NCBI GenBank assembly: GCA_964016885.1
Contig: OZ024742.1
Span: forward strand, 305,536,001-305,600,000
DNA: 64,000 bases
Source of the DNA: Eledone cirrhosa
Lineage: Eukaryota
Direction of reading: 5' to 3'
Part shown: positions 15,123 to 28,197 of the stretch, piece after piece
How positions within the stretch are numbered: position 1 is the first letter of the stretch
Layout: each line of letters opens with the position of its first letter
Position numbers and translations under genes: made by a program
Notes under the pieces: generated by a model
What the model was told of the DNA's origin: nothing
The model's database searches: none
What the model saw: the letters and a program-made list of their open reading frames with translations, nothing else

Positions 15123-15425
15123 TTTGGCAGTATCGGGAGAACGTCGGTCAGCATGCTTTGCGTTCTAAGTTCGAATCTTGCCGAGGGCGGCTTTGCCTTT
15201 CATGATTATCGGGTCAATGAATACAGTACCAGTAACAGACTGGGTAGATTTAATCGACTTTCCACTTCATTTCAAATAGCTGGCCTTGTGCCAAAAGTAG
15301 AGACAATTATTTCAAATCCCGCCGAGGTTGACTTTGCCTTTCATCCTTACGGGGTCGATAAAATAAAGTACAAGTAATGCATTGGGTAATTGCTGGCCTT
15401 GTGCCTAAAGTAGAAACAATTATTA
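15123..15425 (+). mobile_element. Two adjacent SINE family B copies (diverged full copy plus 5'-truncated copy)
   Basis: Core and GGCCTTGTGCC..AAGTAGA tail occur twice (15123-15310, 15310-15425). Confidence 0.8.
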
Positions 15426-16772
15426 TTTAAATCACCTCGAGGTTTACTTTGAATTTAAACCTGTTCTGGTCAATAAAATAAGCATCGATAAAGTTTATTA
15501 TACTTTACTTGTCCCACAAAATATTTTGTTTTGTATTTATGCAACAAATCGCTATTATTGTCAAAAGCGGTGAATCACAGACATAAGATTAGATCAAAAT
15601 TTAAAGTCGATGTATACACGGAATCATCTTTCAAATCCTAAAATAAATTTAATAGTTTGAATCATAGAGACCTTTAGACATATAATTAAATATTGGATTG
15701 AGTTGAAAAGTTTGAAGAAAATGGGGTGCTTTTTATTCTGAAATTCTAGAGTGCCTTTTTTTAATGTTTTGTCGTGGAAGCGGGGTGGAGAGCAGGTAAC
15801 ATGGCCCTTTATGAAGCCTCGCTGTCTGGTGGGAGGCATAGACTTAAATGTACCTAATGACCAGGTGGTGGTCTTAAATCGGGTGATAGATTAAGACTTC
15901 CACTCAAGGAAGCCGCAGTGCGATTTTAATCAAGAAAATATAAGCTGCAACAAATATCGCAAGGCATCTCATCCGATGCTCTAACAATTCTTTCAACCAC
16001 CCACCCTGAACTGGTATTTACTTTATGAACCACGAAAGGATGATAAGCAAAGATGATCTCTGTGGGATTTGAACCCAGAGCGCAGATACCAAGAACAAAT
16101 ATTACAAGGAACTGGAACCAATATGATGAGCCACATATTATAAGGAGTAAAGCCCTTGAGAATTCGAGTTTCGCAACCTAGTTTCGATAAGTGATTGTTG
16201 CACTAAACCGGAAATGCAAGGAACTTTGCAGCTTCCAGTAAAAAAATGAAAATATATTTTTTTATATAACGCGAATTGGTATCACCCATTATTTGATTAA
16301 TGCGACTGCGCTTCGTTCATTGCTTTTAAAAATACGCATGAACAATAACCGACCTCATTTCACGAATTCTATAAATTTAAGGTGGTCATGTACATGAGTG
16401 GAAAATTCCTTATAAGGAAGTCCTAAATTTTATTTATTTCCTCCGTTCTCTCTAAACCGATCAGTCGTAAGAGATGTGTTAAAGATATAAATTTTCAGAA
16501 AAAAAAAAATTTAATCGCAAAGCAAACAAAATACTCCCGTCCCCACCAAAAAAATAACACAACAGAATAGATTAAATATAAAAACAAAAGAAATAATAAT
16601 GGAAAACTATGTAGCTCGATGTTATTTCCTCATTCAGTAGTTATCTCTTGGGTAAGCTTCATCATCTCATCTCCCTCTTCCTACTTCGCATGTCAATCAG
16701 TCACAAACAGAATTCAACTCTTCTAAGTTATTTCATACACCCCACCATGCAACCATTACACCAGCCACACAT

Positions 16773-16818
<46 letters not shown>

Positions 16819-17128
16819 ACTCCCACCACCCTCACTTCGCACCACCTGCTCATATCACATAACATTTGTGTTCCCCGCCTCCTGTGATGTTCACCTCCTC
16901 TCGATCAATTCCCCCTTCTATTTCATTTCTTTCATTTTTCTATTTTATTTATTTTAATGTAGAGGGGGTGTCGTATTAACCGTTCCTATTTTATTGTTTT
17001 TGTTCCTTATTTACCATTCTTGATGTACTTCTTAGTAAACTTCTCCATCTCATGAACACATTTTTTTTCTTCTTTTACAGGATTATTTGTCGTCTTTTTT
17101 ACTCCTGGGGTGGAGTTACATCCTCCTG

Positions 17129-17172
<44 letters not shown>

Positions 17173-17217
17173 ATATATATGTATATATGTATATATATAT
17201 ATGTACATATATATATG

Positions 17218-17250
<33 letters not shown>

Positions 17251-17270
17251 GTATATATATGTATATATAT

Positions 17271-17350
<80 letters not shown>

Positions 17351-18027
17351 GGGGAGGGGTGAGTGTGTATGTATATGCATGAGTGTGTGTGTGTGTTATT
17401 TTTTCTTTTTTAATTTCTCTTCTATTATATTCATGTTTTCTTCTACTTTTCTATCCCTAGGGGTGCTACATCGTTCTTCAATCCCCTTTTGCTTGTATCT
17501 CTCATCCGACAGTACCCCCATCCTTTACTTTATTTTTCCACTTTTTCCTCCATACTTCCCATCAACTCCTTTTTCGCCCCCCTCTCTCTCCCATTTGGTT
17601 CTTGAAACTTGCTAAAATTCTGCGCCTTCACAACCAACAGCACGCTTACAGACGTTGCTCCCACCAACAACTCCACCAACAACACCTTCACCAACACCAC
17701 CGCTACCGCCACCAATGGTATAACCAAAAGCACCATTCAGTAACGTTACCAACACAAAGAGCAACATCACCATCCTCAACAACAGCACCATCACCAATAG
17801 CACTCTCACCGACGGCGCCACCAACAGCAACACTTACAATAACCCCCTCACCAACACCAACATCACCACTACTACCACCGCCTCACCACAATCACACTAA
17901 TAAACGACACCACTACCGGTCTCCCCCTTCGCCAATATCCACTATACATACGTGCATTTTGTATATGCTTTACAACACACACTACCACTAAGAACAACAA
18001 CTACTACTTACACCTGCGTGTAGCCTA

Positions 18028-18315
18028 TATAGGCCGATGCTGGTGAGAAGGGAGGTGGCCATAGGGCCAAGGACACCAGAAGTCTCCATTGCCATGGGCT
18101 CGACCGCAAACCTGTCGGAGAGCGACCGATATTCGGAGAGTTTACCCTCGTCGGCCCGAAATGCAGCAGAGCCTGGGTTAGTCGCAGACTGCACAAGGTT
18201 GGCGCTGGAGAATGTGTCGCTGCATGTGGAATCCCAGATGAGGGGTTTACCACAGCGTAATGGGAAGATGGTCAAGTAGTCTGACCTTTTACCGTCCCCT
18301 CCGTCCAGCCGACAC
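18028..18315 (-). pseudogene. Restriction-like endonuclease fragment of a CRE-type non-LTR retrotransposon
   Basis: Translates GLDGGDGKRSDYLTIFPLRCGKPLIWDSTCSDTF...AAFRADEGKLSEY...EPMAMETSGVLGP, matching the RPDGxTxxPWxxGKxLxWDxT...ETxG pattern of CRE-like RLE domains, with decayed residues. Confidence 0.75.
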
Positions 18316-18344
18316 TTTTACGTTTTTATATGACACTGTACCAT

Positions 18345-18517
18345 TATCGGTAGAGGGTCGGACGCCATGCTTTGACGCATAGTTACGGCCCTTGCCATTC
18401 TGAGTTCAAATCCCGCCGAGGTTAACTTTGCCTTTTATCCTTACGGGGTCGATAAAATAAAGTACCAGTAATGCACTGGGTAATTGCTGGCCTTGTGCCA
18501 AAAGTCGAAACAATTAT
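18345..18517 (+). mobile_element. SINE family B copy inserted in a degenerate ~21-bp tandem repeat
   Basis: Full core and tail; ATTATCG on both sides; flanks 18316-18345 and 18518-18670 are ..ACCRTTTTGTC.. repeats. Confidence 0.8.
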
Positions 18518-18694
18518 CGTCTGACAGTATACCGTTTTTTGACACTTCACCAATTTGTCCGATAACTTACCGTTTTGTGCGGCATTTCATCATTTTGTTC
18601 TACTGTTTATCTCATTTTTCTGATAATATAACCATTTTGTCCGGCATTTTCCCGCTTTGAGATTTTGTTACCATTCTTTAACAACAATAATAAT

Positions 18695-18970
18695 TATGAT
18701 TGTAAGGTTGTCAGTTCGATTCCCGGTAGTAAGTTACGTCGTCGAGCAAGACACTTTATTTCTCATTGTTCTAGTCTACTCTGCCACAAATATAAGTTGC
18801 ACCTATAACTCAAATGACCAGCCGTGTCATATATTATGTCGCGCTAAACCTCCCTGAGAACCAATTTAAAGGAACACGTGTCTGTAGTAGGTCAATCACA
18901 TGCACGTTAATTTCACGAGCAGGTTATTCCGTTGATGGAATCATCTGGAACATTCACCATCGGAACCAAC
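18695..18970 (+). mobile_element. Old tRNA-derived SINE, family C
   Basis: B box GTTCGATTCCC, GAGCAAGACACTTTATTTC, CTCCCTGAGAA...ACACGTGTCTG; relatives at ~3530-3680, 49093-49320, 52940-53060. Confidence 0.65.
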
Positions 18971-19831
18971 AAAGATCCGACATCCACTGATATTATTTAT
19001 AGGCAACAAATTCATTGCTATGCAAAAAGAAAGGGCTATTAGATTAACAAACTGATCAACAACATTACTAAACATAGTTTCTCCATCAACACCCACCCAA
19101 CCTGCTAGAAATAGTAGCGAAATCTCCCTCGTATCACACTTTATGAAAAGGAAAGGGTACACATCAATGCCTACGCCTATATTTTGTCTGTTATTCTATA
19201 ATGTTTACCTTATACTAGTCTGTCTAACCGAAACCAAAGCACCACATACACACACACACACATGAACCTCTGTCTATATCTAAGGCAAACCCCTGTCCTT
19301 AAATAAATTGCATTCATATTTTTCCTTTTCTAACTTTTCATAATTTTACTTCTTTCTTCTTTTACTGCACACATTCTGTAGACAATACATAACACATACG
19401 TAGACGCATACACACTTACACACACACACATACACACACACACACTCACACACACACACTCACACACTCAGTTACACTAGTAAGCTGTTCAATATATACC
19501 AAATATATTTTACTGTGGCTTAATTGACAAGACCAACAAAGCAACGGCTCCAATTCGACACCCTACACGACTAGCACCACCACCACCACCACCACTACCA
19601 TCACCACCACCACCAACAAGAACTATAAATGCCAGCAGCAGCAGCAGCAGCACCACCATCATTCTCACCACCATTACTATTACAACATGTTCTACAACAT
19701 TATAAGACCACTGTTGTCATCTTCTCTACCCCAGACCATTATATCTCCCGCACCCCTATATCCGCCTACTTTCCTCTAATGCTGCTATCTGTCCCCATCA
19801 CACACACACACATAGATACACACATACATAG

Positions 19832-19946
<115 letters not shown>

Positions 19947-21289
19947 CACACATAAACACACACGCGCACAAACACACACATATCAAACAATTCGCAGTGA
20001 TTATCTTTTTTTTTTTTTTTCATTTTCTCTAACTAAACTTGTGTAAGCCGCTTGCTACCGGCGCTTGCTTCCACAACAAAGACAGCATCATCATCATAAT
20101 CATCACTATCATCATCATCGTTATTGGTATTATTATCAGCATCATCATCTTCTTTACCATTATCATATCCTGCAGTAACATCATTATAAATAAAAGCATT
20201 AGTAAGCAGTAGAACTTCACCCATACTGCAACAACGTCTCAGAACCACTACCAGCACCACTACAAACACCACCAATACAACCATCCAAAGTACACTTACA
20301 AATAAATACCACTGCTATCATAATCATGATAGCAATCATCATCATAAACAGCACCGCAACCGTCACCATCATATCCATTTTTATAAGAACCCTTACCATT
20401 ACTACCACCTCACAAGCTGCCACATCGGCTATCACCACTACTACCAGCTCAGCTACTGTTACCTCGATCATTACCTCCAGTACTGATTCGATCATCACCA
20501 CTTCAATCAACTCTACTACTTCGACCATTACTGCTACTACCACCATCACTATCACTGCTAATACCACCCAGAGCATCACACCACTACCATCTTAATTATC
20601 ACAACTACTACCAACATCACAGTTATTCTCCGTCTCCCTCTTATGTCTCTCCTCCGCTTTATACACCATTTCTACATCCTTATTTCTGTTTTTGACTATT
20701 TTGATAAGTTGCTGTACCCCCAGCAGTCAGACAAAAGATCATTGTCATAACTCCTTCACTAGTAACAGGAACATCAACAACACTAGGAAAAACAACAGAC
20801 ACCTAACTCCTACCGGTCCACATATATCCACCATTAGATACTGACCAACACAATACTACTCTCACCACAACCACTACTCCACCAGTAATACCAACAGTTA
20901 TTTTTTCCCCTACCCATTCACATCATTAAGTAATGACAACCACATGACTAAAATCTGTCCCAAACCCAAGCTGGTGTTTATCCCCGTTTCATTGGTTTTA
21001 AGATAATGAGAATACAAGTCTCCACATAAACCATGACCACCACTATAGCCACAAGAACTAGAACCACCACCACCACCACCACCATTAATGTAACAAGCTA
21101 CCTTACCAGAACTACTGCCGTAATAATAGGTACCATCATTAACAGAACAATATCACTACTAAGTCTACTGCTATTGTACCACACTATAAGCATCAGACAA
21201 TAGTAAGCCTACACTAATAGTACTATCATTACTATCAAGTCAACATAGCTACTACCACCAATACCACCACCACCACCACCACTATTACC

Positions 21290-21440
21290 AATAATTGTTT
21301 CTACTTTTTGGCCCAAGACCAGCAATTATACCAGTACATTACTGGTACTTTATTTTATCGAACCCATAAGGATGTAAGGCAAAGTTAATCTCGGTGGGAT
21401 TTGAGCTCAGACCATCAAGGGCCGTAACTCTATGTTGCCA
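21290..21440 (-). mobile_element. SINE family B copy
   Basis: Reverse complement of core and tail. Confidence 0.8.
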
Positions 21441-21899
21441 ATCCACCAGTTGTATTACCAATAATACAACCATTACTACTATCAATAAAAAACAATCATT
21501 ACCATCAATAATGAAATACGAACGGCATCATTACATCCACTCAGCAATCACTCCCATTACTACAGCCAATACCACCACCATCCTATTAACCACTAATACA
21601 ACCACCATCTCTAATCAACCACTTACATCATTATTAAATAAGCATCTCCAATACTACCATCATCACTATTACTATTACTAATCAACCATCGACTTTACTA
21701 TCGCTAATACAACTACCATCACAACCACCGTCAGCATTAAACCATGTCCAACACAAATACCACGGCCACAGCAGCAACAGTTATACCCCATCACCATTAT
21801 TTCCACAAGCACTTCAACCAACAAAACTACCACCACAGTCACTTCCACTGAATAACCACCACAATTATCACCGTCATCACGAAAACTAAAACTAAGCCC

Positions 21900-23850
21900 C
21901 ACAACTACAACACTACAGCCACCATAACCATCACAACTATAAACAAGCCATCTCTACAACACTACAGTCACCATAACCACCACAACTACAACACTACAGC
22001 CACCATAACCATCACAACTATAAACAACCCAACACTACAACACTACAGCCACCATAACCATCACAACTATAAACAAGCCATCTCTACAACACTACAGCCA
22101 CCATAACCACCACAACTATAAACAAGCCACAACTACAACACTACAGCCACCATAATCATCACAACTATAAACAAGCCATCTCTACAACACTACAGCCACC
22201 ATAACCATCACAACTACACACAAGCCATCACTACAACACTACAGTCACCATAACCATCACAACTATAAATAAACTTTATCTACAACACTACAGTCACCAT
22301 AACAATCACAACTATAAATAAACCATCTCTACAACACTACAGTCACCATAACGATCACAAATATAAACAAGCCATCTCTACAACATTACAGCCACCATAA
22401 CCATCACAACTATAACCATCACAACTATAAACAAGCCACAACTACAACACTACAGCCACCATAACAATCACAACTATCAACAAACAATCTCTACAACACT
22501 GGAGCCACCATAACCATCACATCTATAAACAAACCATCTCTACAACATTACAGCCACCATAACCATCACATCTATAAACAAGCCATCTCTACAACACTAC
22601 AGCCACCATAACCATCACAACTACAAACAAGCCATCACTATAACACTACAGCCACCATAACCATCACAACTATGAACAAGCCATATCTACAACACTACAG
22701 CCACCATAACCATCACAAATTCAAACAAGCCATCTCTACAACACTACAGCCACCATAACCATCACAACTACAAACAAGCCACAACAACAACACTACAGCC
22801 ACCATAACCATCACATCTATAAATAAACCATCTCTACAACGCTACAACTACCATAACCATCACAACTATAAACAAACCATTTCTACAACACTACAGCCAC
22901 CATAACCATCACAACTATAAACAAGCCATCACTACAACACTACAGCCACCATAACCATCACAATTATAAACAAGCCATCTCTACAACACTACAGCCACCA
23001 TAACCATCACAACTACAAACAAGCCACAACTACAACACTACAGCCACCATAACCATCACAACTACAAACAAGCCACAACTACAACACTACAGCCACCATA
23101 ACCATCACAACTATAAACAAGCCATCTCTACAACACTAGAGCCACCATAACCATCACAACTACAAACAAGCCATCTCTACAACACTACAGCCACCATAAC
23201 CACCACAACTATAAACAAGCCATCACTACAACACTACAGCCACCATAACCACCACAACTATAAACAAGCCATCTCTACAACACTACAGCCACCATAACCA
23301 TCACAACTATAAACAAGCCATCTCTACAACACTAGAGCCACCATAACCATCACAACTATAAACAAGCCATCTCTACAACACTACAGCCACCATAACCACC
23401 ACAACTGTAAACAAGCCATCTCTAGAACACTACAGTCACCATAACCATCACAATTATAAACAAGCCATCTCTACAACACTACATCCACCATAACCATCAG
23501 AACTATAAACAAGCCACCACTACAACACTACAACCACCATAAGCATCACAACTACAAACAAGCCACAACTACAACACTACAGCCACCATAACCATCACAA
23601 CTACAAACAAGCCATCTCTACAACACTACAGCCACCATAACCATCACAACTACAAACAAGCCATCTCTACAACACTACAGTGACCATAACCACCACAACT
23701 ATAAACAAGCCACTACTACAACACTAGAGCCACCATAACCATCACAACTATAAACAAGCCATTTCTACAACACTACAGCCACGATAACCATCACAACTAT
23801 AAACAAGCCATCTCTACAACACTACAGCCACCATAACCACCACAACTATA
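21900..23850. repeat. 49-bp minisatellite, ~39 copies
   Basis: Unit CTACAACACTACAGCCACCATAACCATCACAACTATAAACAAGCCATCT; unit starts at 22981 and 23030. Confidence 0.95.
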
Positions 23851-23851
23851 A

Positions 23852-24003
23852 TTAAAGGGGACGCGACTTTTTTTAGCTGTTGCTCGCACCAACCGGAGGT
23901 ATATGGTCTTTAAAGCGATGAAATACCAATGATGGTTGGAAGATCACTGATGAAGGACTAACTTTATTCATATGTAACCCATTAGCATCCCGCAGCACGT
24001 TTT

Positions 24004-24007
<4 letters not shown>
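23852..24007 (+). mobile_element. 3' end of a (TA)n-terminated retroelement carrying a rearranged hammerhead
   Basis: ~135 bp nearly identical to reverse complement of 32799-32938; short 5' inverted piece (TAAAGGGGAC); ends in (TA)n. Confidence 0.75.
23889..23953 (+). ncRNA. Candidate non-circularly-permuted hammerhead ribozyme with kink-turn
   Basis: GGTA-TA-TGGTCTT (23898-23910), GAAA-TACC (23920-23927), AAGATCA-CTGATGA (23940-23953); helix III GGTA/TACC, helix I TGGTCTT/AAGATCA, K-turn CC-AAT-GA-T / G-GA-GG closed by CCAACC/GGTTGG. Confidence 0.7.
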
Positions 24008-24057
<50 letters not shown>

Positions 24058-24105
24058 TAACTCGTGTGCTTCCTCTCCACATTTTATTATTATTATTATC
24101 ATTAT

Positions 24106-24240
<135 letters not shown>

Positions 24241-24550
24241 TGGAAGTTGCTTACTCTAATGACATACTATCATCAAACATATTAGCAATTTTCTCAAACA
24301 TAACTGGGTTGTGAAACATTTATTTTATAATGAGTTAAAAATTATACGCTGATTAAAAACAAAGAATCGGATAATTTAAAACAAATTGCGACTATTATAA
24401 TCACTACCGCGATCAAAGTGACAAACATACTAGATACATATGTATGGTGGGTCTTTCATGCATAGTGGGGGTGGTAAAATTGTATATACTGCCGCATGTA
24501 GTGACGTACTCGTGTGTATAGCTGACGTGTGAATCTGGTGTTATTGCTGA

Positions 24551-24585
<35 letters not shown>

Positions 24586-24730
24586 TTGAGTATATGTTAG
24601 TTGTATACCAACACCTCAGTATGCAGATTGGAGCACTCGACGATGTGCGCAGGTTGGTTTGGTTACTCCGGAGTAATGTAAAATAAACTAAAATAATAAG
24701 TCAAATATTTAAAATTTGGCTTCGTTTATT

Positions 24731-24785
24731 ACTGCTATATATATTTCGGTGACAGCTATCTTTGGCTGTGACCTCTTCAGGCAGT
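24731..24785 (-). ncRNA. Minimal type I hammerhead ribozyme, family 1
   Basis: ACTGC-CTGAAGA-GGTCACAGCCAAAGATAGCTGTCACC-GAAA-TATATA-TA-GCAGT-AATAAA. Confidence 0.88.
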
Positions 24786-25795
24786 CCGAATTAGTGTGGT
24801 AGAGACGAGTACACATGTTGTTGAGGTGTTTAACTTTGTCAATACTCTGATATGCCCAGTTCCTGGTTGGGTTATTATTTCACTGAGGAACTGGAATCAT
24901 ATGAATTTAAACAAACGAATTTCAGCGTCAAAGGACATCTTCTCCTCCCATTGGTCAGTTGTGAGAACATTCCTCAGTCAAAAGTCTATAGAAATTCGTT
25001 CTGAGGCGAGGCAATCTGTAGTGGCTGTTCTTGTTATTGTTAAGTACATCTGACCTCTACTCTTATGTTGGTAGTGGTGTTGGTGTTAGAGTCAGCTAAA
25101 AAAAATGATAAAGTGGTAGAAGGAATAAGATGGTAAAAGAACAAAATAAAATAAGATAATCAAATAAAATGTGTGTGTGTTATACCCAATCTCAATATTA
25201 GAAAGATTTGTAAGGTCACTCCTCCCATTGGTCAGTTGTGAGAGCATTCATCAGTCAAAAGTCTATAGAAATTCTTTCTGGGGTGAGGCCACCTGTAGTG
25301 TTTGTTTTTGCCATTGTTAAGTACATCTGACCTCTACCCTTATTTTGGTAGTGGTATTGGTGCTGCGGTCAGGCTAGGTCTTGCTGCTGCTGACATTTAT
25401 AAGTATCTGTGTGTGTTTCTTCATCTGTCCTGCCACCATTTCTCGTGGTGGTGGTGGTGTGTGTGTGGGGGGGGGGGCATGCATATGAATACATAGAAGT
25501 CAATAAAATGAAGAAAACAGAAAACAAATGAAAAATAAAAAAATGAAGATTCAAGTAAAATAAAATGTGTGTGTGTTATAAAGATGTTGGCCAAATTAGA
25601 ACGGCTGTGTCAGAATCAATCTCTAGGCTATCATGGTGGCTGCTCAGCCTGGGTGGGTCCCTATGGCTTGAGGGGAGTTCCCAACCTATGGTGTTGTTAC
25701 TGCCCATATAGATTCAGGAAGGTCCGGCCAAGAGGTGTCTACATGTTCTGGAGAAGTCCCTATAGCTTGAGGGGAGTTCACATCTCAGTGTGTTG

Positions 25796-26422
25796 TTACT
25801 GTCCATATAGCTTGAGGAAGGTCCCGGCCCTGAGGTGTCTGCATGTCCTGAAGAAATCGGTTCTGAGGTTTATCAGTTGGCTTCCACCTCTTAGTATCTC
25901 GAGGGTCTCGTTCAGACATAGTTTGCATATGCCAGACCCCCCTTTATCGGGTGGTACTTTCCTGATTATGGACCAGGCCAGAGAGTACGGGGTTTTGTCC
26001 AGCTTAAGCTTCCAGATCAGGTCGGAAAGAGCCGTACGTTTCCTTTTGGTCTCCTTATTGAAGGAATGGCGATGGTTATACCAACGGTCTTTAAAGCTCG
26101 TTGATGTGGCTCCTATGTAGAGGTGTTCGGAGTTGGGGGTTTTAACCCTACATCCGTATATTAGGTTCTTCCTAGGGCATTCATTACTAAGGGGGCATGA
26201 TTCGAGGTTTCTGCAGTTGCAGAGGGTGGTCGACCTCTGCGTGCCTAGTGTGGGGTTCCCGTTACGTGTTACATGTTGGTCTTCGCCCGGGCCCGGTGGG
26301 GGGGGGGGGGGGGGCACGAGTCTGTTTGGATTTCTTGGGTGGGCACTGGGTCCCCCCTTCTCTCCTTCCACATTGTTCTGCTGGGTGCTTATATTGCCAT
26401 CTTCTGGTTGCGAAAATTTCAT
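25796..26422 (-). CDS. PLE-type GIY-YIG endonuclease, uninterrupted 208-aa ORF from ATG 26422
   Basis: CNCxxxxxCPLxxxC, NLIY...LYIGAT, FKDRWYNH (catalytic Arg), CKLCLNE (catalytic Glu), LINxR...CRH. Confidence 0.8.
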   Translation of the reverse strand: MKFSQPEDGNISTQQNNVEGEKGGPSAHPRNPNRLVPPPPPPPGPGEDQHVTRNGNPTLGTQRSTTLCNCRNLESCPLSNECPRKNLIYGCRVKTPNSEHLYIGATSTSFKDRWYNHRHSFNKETKRKRTALSDLIWKLKLDKTPYSLAWSIIRKVPPDKGGSGICKLCLNETLEILRGGSQLINLRTDFFRTCRHLRAGTFLKLYGQ

Positions 26423-26934
26423 AGCCAATCGTTTTTATACGAAACACAAACTAGATTTCACTATTTAACTATATTTAGTACCATATTTTATTAACAATTT
26501 AATTAACGGTAATTAGTGCTAACATATTTAATGCAAGAGGTATAAAAAATAACTGTACTTAATTGTGTAGCAAAGGAAATATATAGTTCATTTACCAATG
26601 ATATTGAGGCTTGTGCCTCTATAAAAACTATTTATTTTACATCAAGTACATGATACAGCAACAAGAATATTTCAGTTTTTTTATGGCATCATAAAATAAT
26701 GCATAGGCTGGAATCTCGACAAAATGGCGTTTAATAAGTAATTAGGGTTTGTGTTTTACTGGGTATATATTTTTTTTCTTTTCTTGTGTTTAATACGCTC
26801 CTGTCCACACACAAATACACATACTCTTTCGCACACACCGACACCAAATCACGCACAAACTCTCTCTCACACACACACACACACCTATATATATATATAT
26901 ATATATACGTGTGATGTTGAAGAACGTGATAATG

Positions 26935-27093
26935 AGTACTGAATACCGTAAAAGAAATTAAATATTCTTTATTATGGCTAAGTGATGAATCTTGTTACTC
27001 TGGAGTTTCACCTGTGCATTCACAGGAGTCTTGTTTGATGATCCTGTGTGTACACAGGTGACGTTCAAGAGTAACGCCTCATCACTTAGCCAT
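26935..27093. mobile_element. Fold-back relic of hammerhead family 2
   Basis: Arms ATGGCTAAGTGATGA...CACAGGA and TCCTGTG...TCATCACTTAGCCAT; plus arm TCTTGT-tTGATGA-TCCTGT..ACAGGT; tail homologous to 8550-8606. Confidence 0.65.
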
Positions 27094-27838
27094 ATATATA
27101 TATTCAAAATAATAATTTAACTACTGGCTCGATATAACTGACTAAAACATTTCAACGCTATGTCTCACCTCACCACATGGCCATATTCTAGTAAGTGAGA
27201 CCTGAAAAAAATACAAGAAAACAGACAAACACAAACACACACACACACACACACACCACACACACACAAATGATTATATATATATTCATAAAACTATTAT
27301 ATATGCAAGCGTCCGTTTTTTTGTAAACTGAAGATGTTGATATTTTATGAGTAATTTAGCAATTTAAAAATTTCTAGTTCATATACAAATATATATTTAA
27401 TTATTATTTTAAAATATTTGTTTCTAATTATCTTTAATTAGAAGAAAATTGAGTTCCACTTTGATATAATTAATGATTCATAAAGATTAAATATAAAGTG
27501 AGATTAGGTAGCTACCATTCGCTACACGTGGATATATTAGAGTACTCTGCTATGACAATATGAAACATTTTGTGGTACAGCCTGCGTAAGATTCCGAATG
27601 TTCGTTTCATAAGTTTGTGTTTTTAAATGCACAAAAAATGCACTAAAAAGACTTGTCTTTACAAGTGCGCTAAAATGCACTGAACAGTGAACTCGCTTTT
27701 ATTTGTATATTTTAAATAATACTTTATTACTAATAGTAATTGTTCACATCAAATTTTTCCTTATAGCGGCTTTTCAAAATCAAAGAGTTTTTGATAAGGC
27801 AATATCGGCTAAACTTTAAAACCGTCATTAATACTACG

Positions 27839-27877
<39 letters not shown>

Positions 27878-27967
27878 AGTATTTACGAATGAAGACGTTT
27901 CTTTCGTATTCGCCTCATTCGGGAAACCTCTGGTAATGAGGTAATTATATTGTATTGATTTTTATAC

Positions 27968-28029
<62 letters not shown>

Positions 28030-28033
28030 AAAA

Positions 28034-28105
<72 letters not shown>

Positions 28106-28110
28106 GAGAC

Positions 28111-28173
<63 letters not shown>

Positions 28174-28197
28174 TGTGTGTGTGTGTGTATATATATA

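Larger units (their letters stand above)
24580..26760 (-). mobile_element. Penelope-like element with GIY-YIG ORF, 3' UTR, hammerhead and tail (no RT seen)
   Basis: Endonuclease ORF, HHR at 24731-24785, tail 24580-24730 shared with 52145-52305; ends in (TA)n; 5' boundary uncertain. Confidence 0.75.

Noticed and set aside
17061-17130. Strong splice-acceptor-like polypyrimidine tract plus CAG
   Set aside because: No donor or coding exon follows before a (TA)n tract; needs RNA-seq
23915-23960. Box C/D snoRNA or SECIS reading of ATGA...CTGA
   Set aside because: Too short for a guide snoRNA and lacks the SECIS helix and apical AA; the hammerhead plus K-turn pairing explains the same bases better
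27885-27925. GAAACGTC-containing HHR-like relic (similar weak cases at 715-750 and 4575-4625)
   Set aside because: CUGANGA strand missing or corrupted; cannot be supported individually
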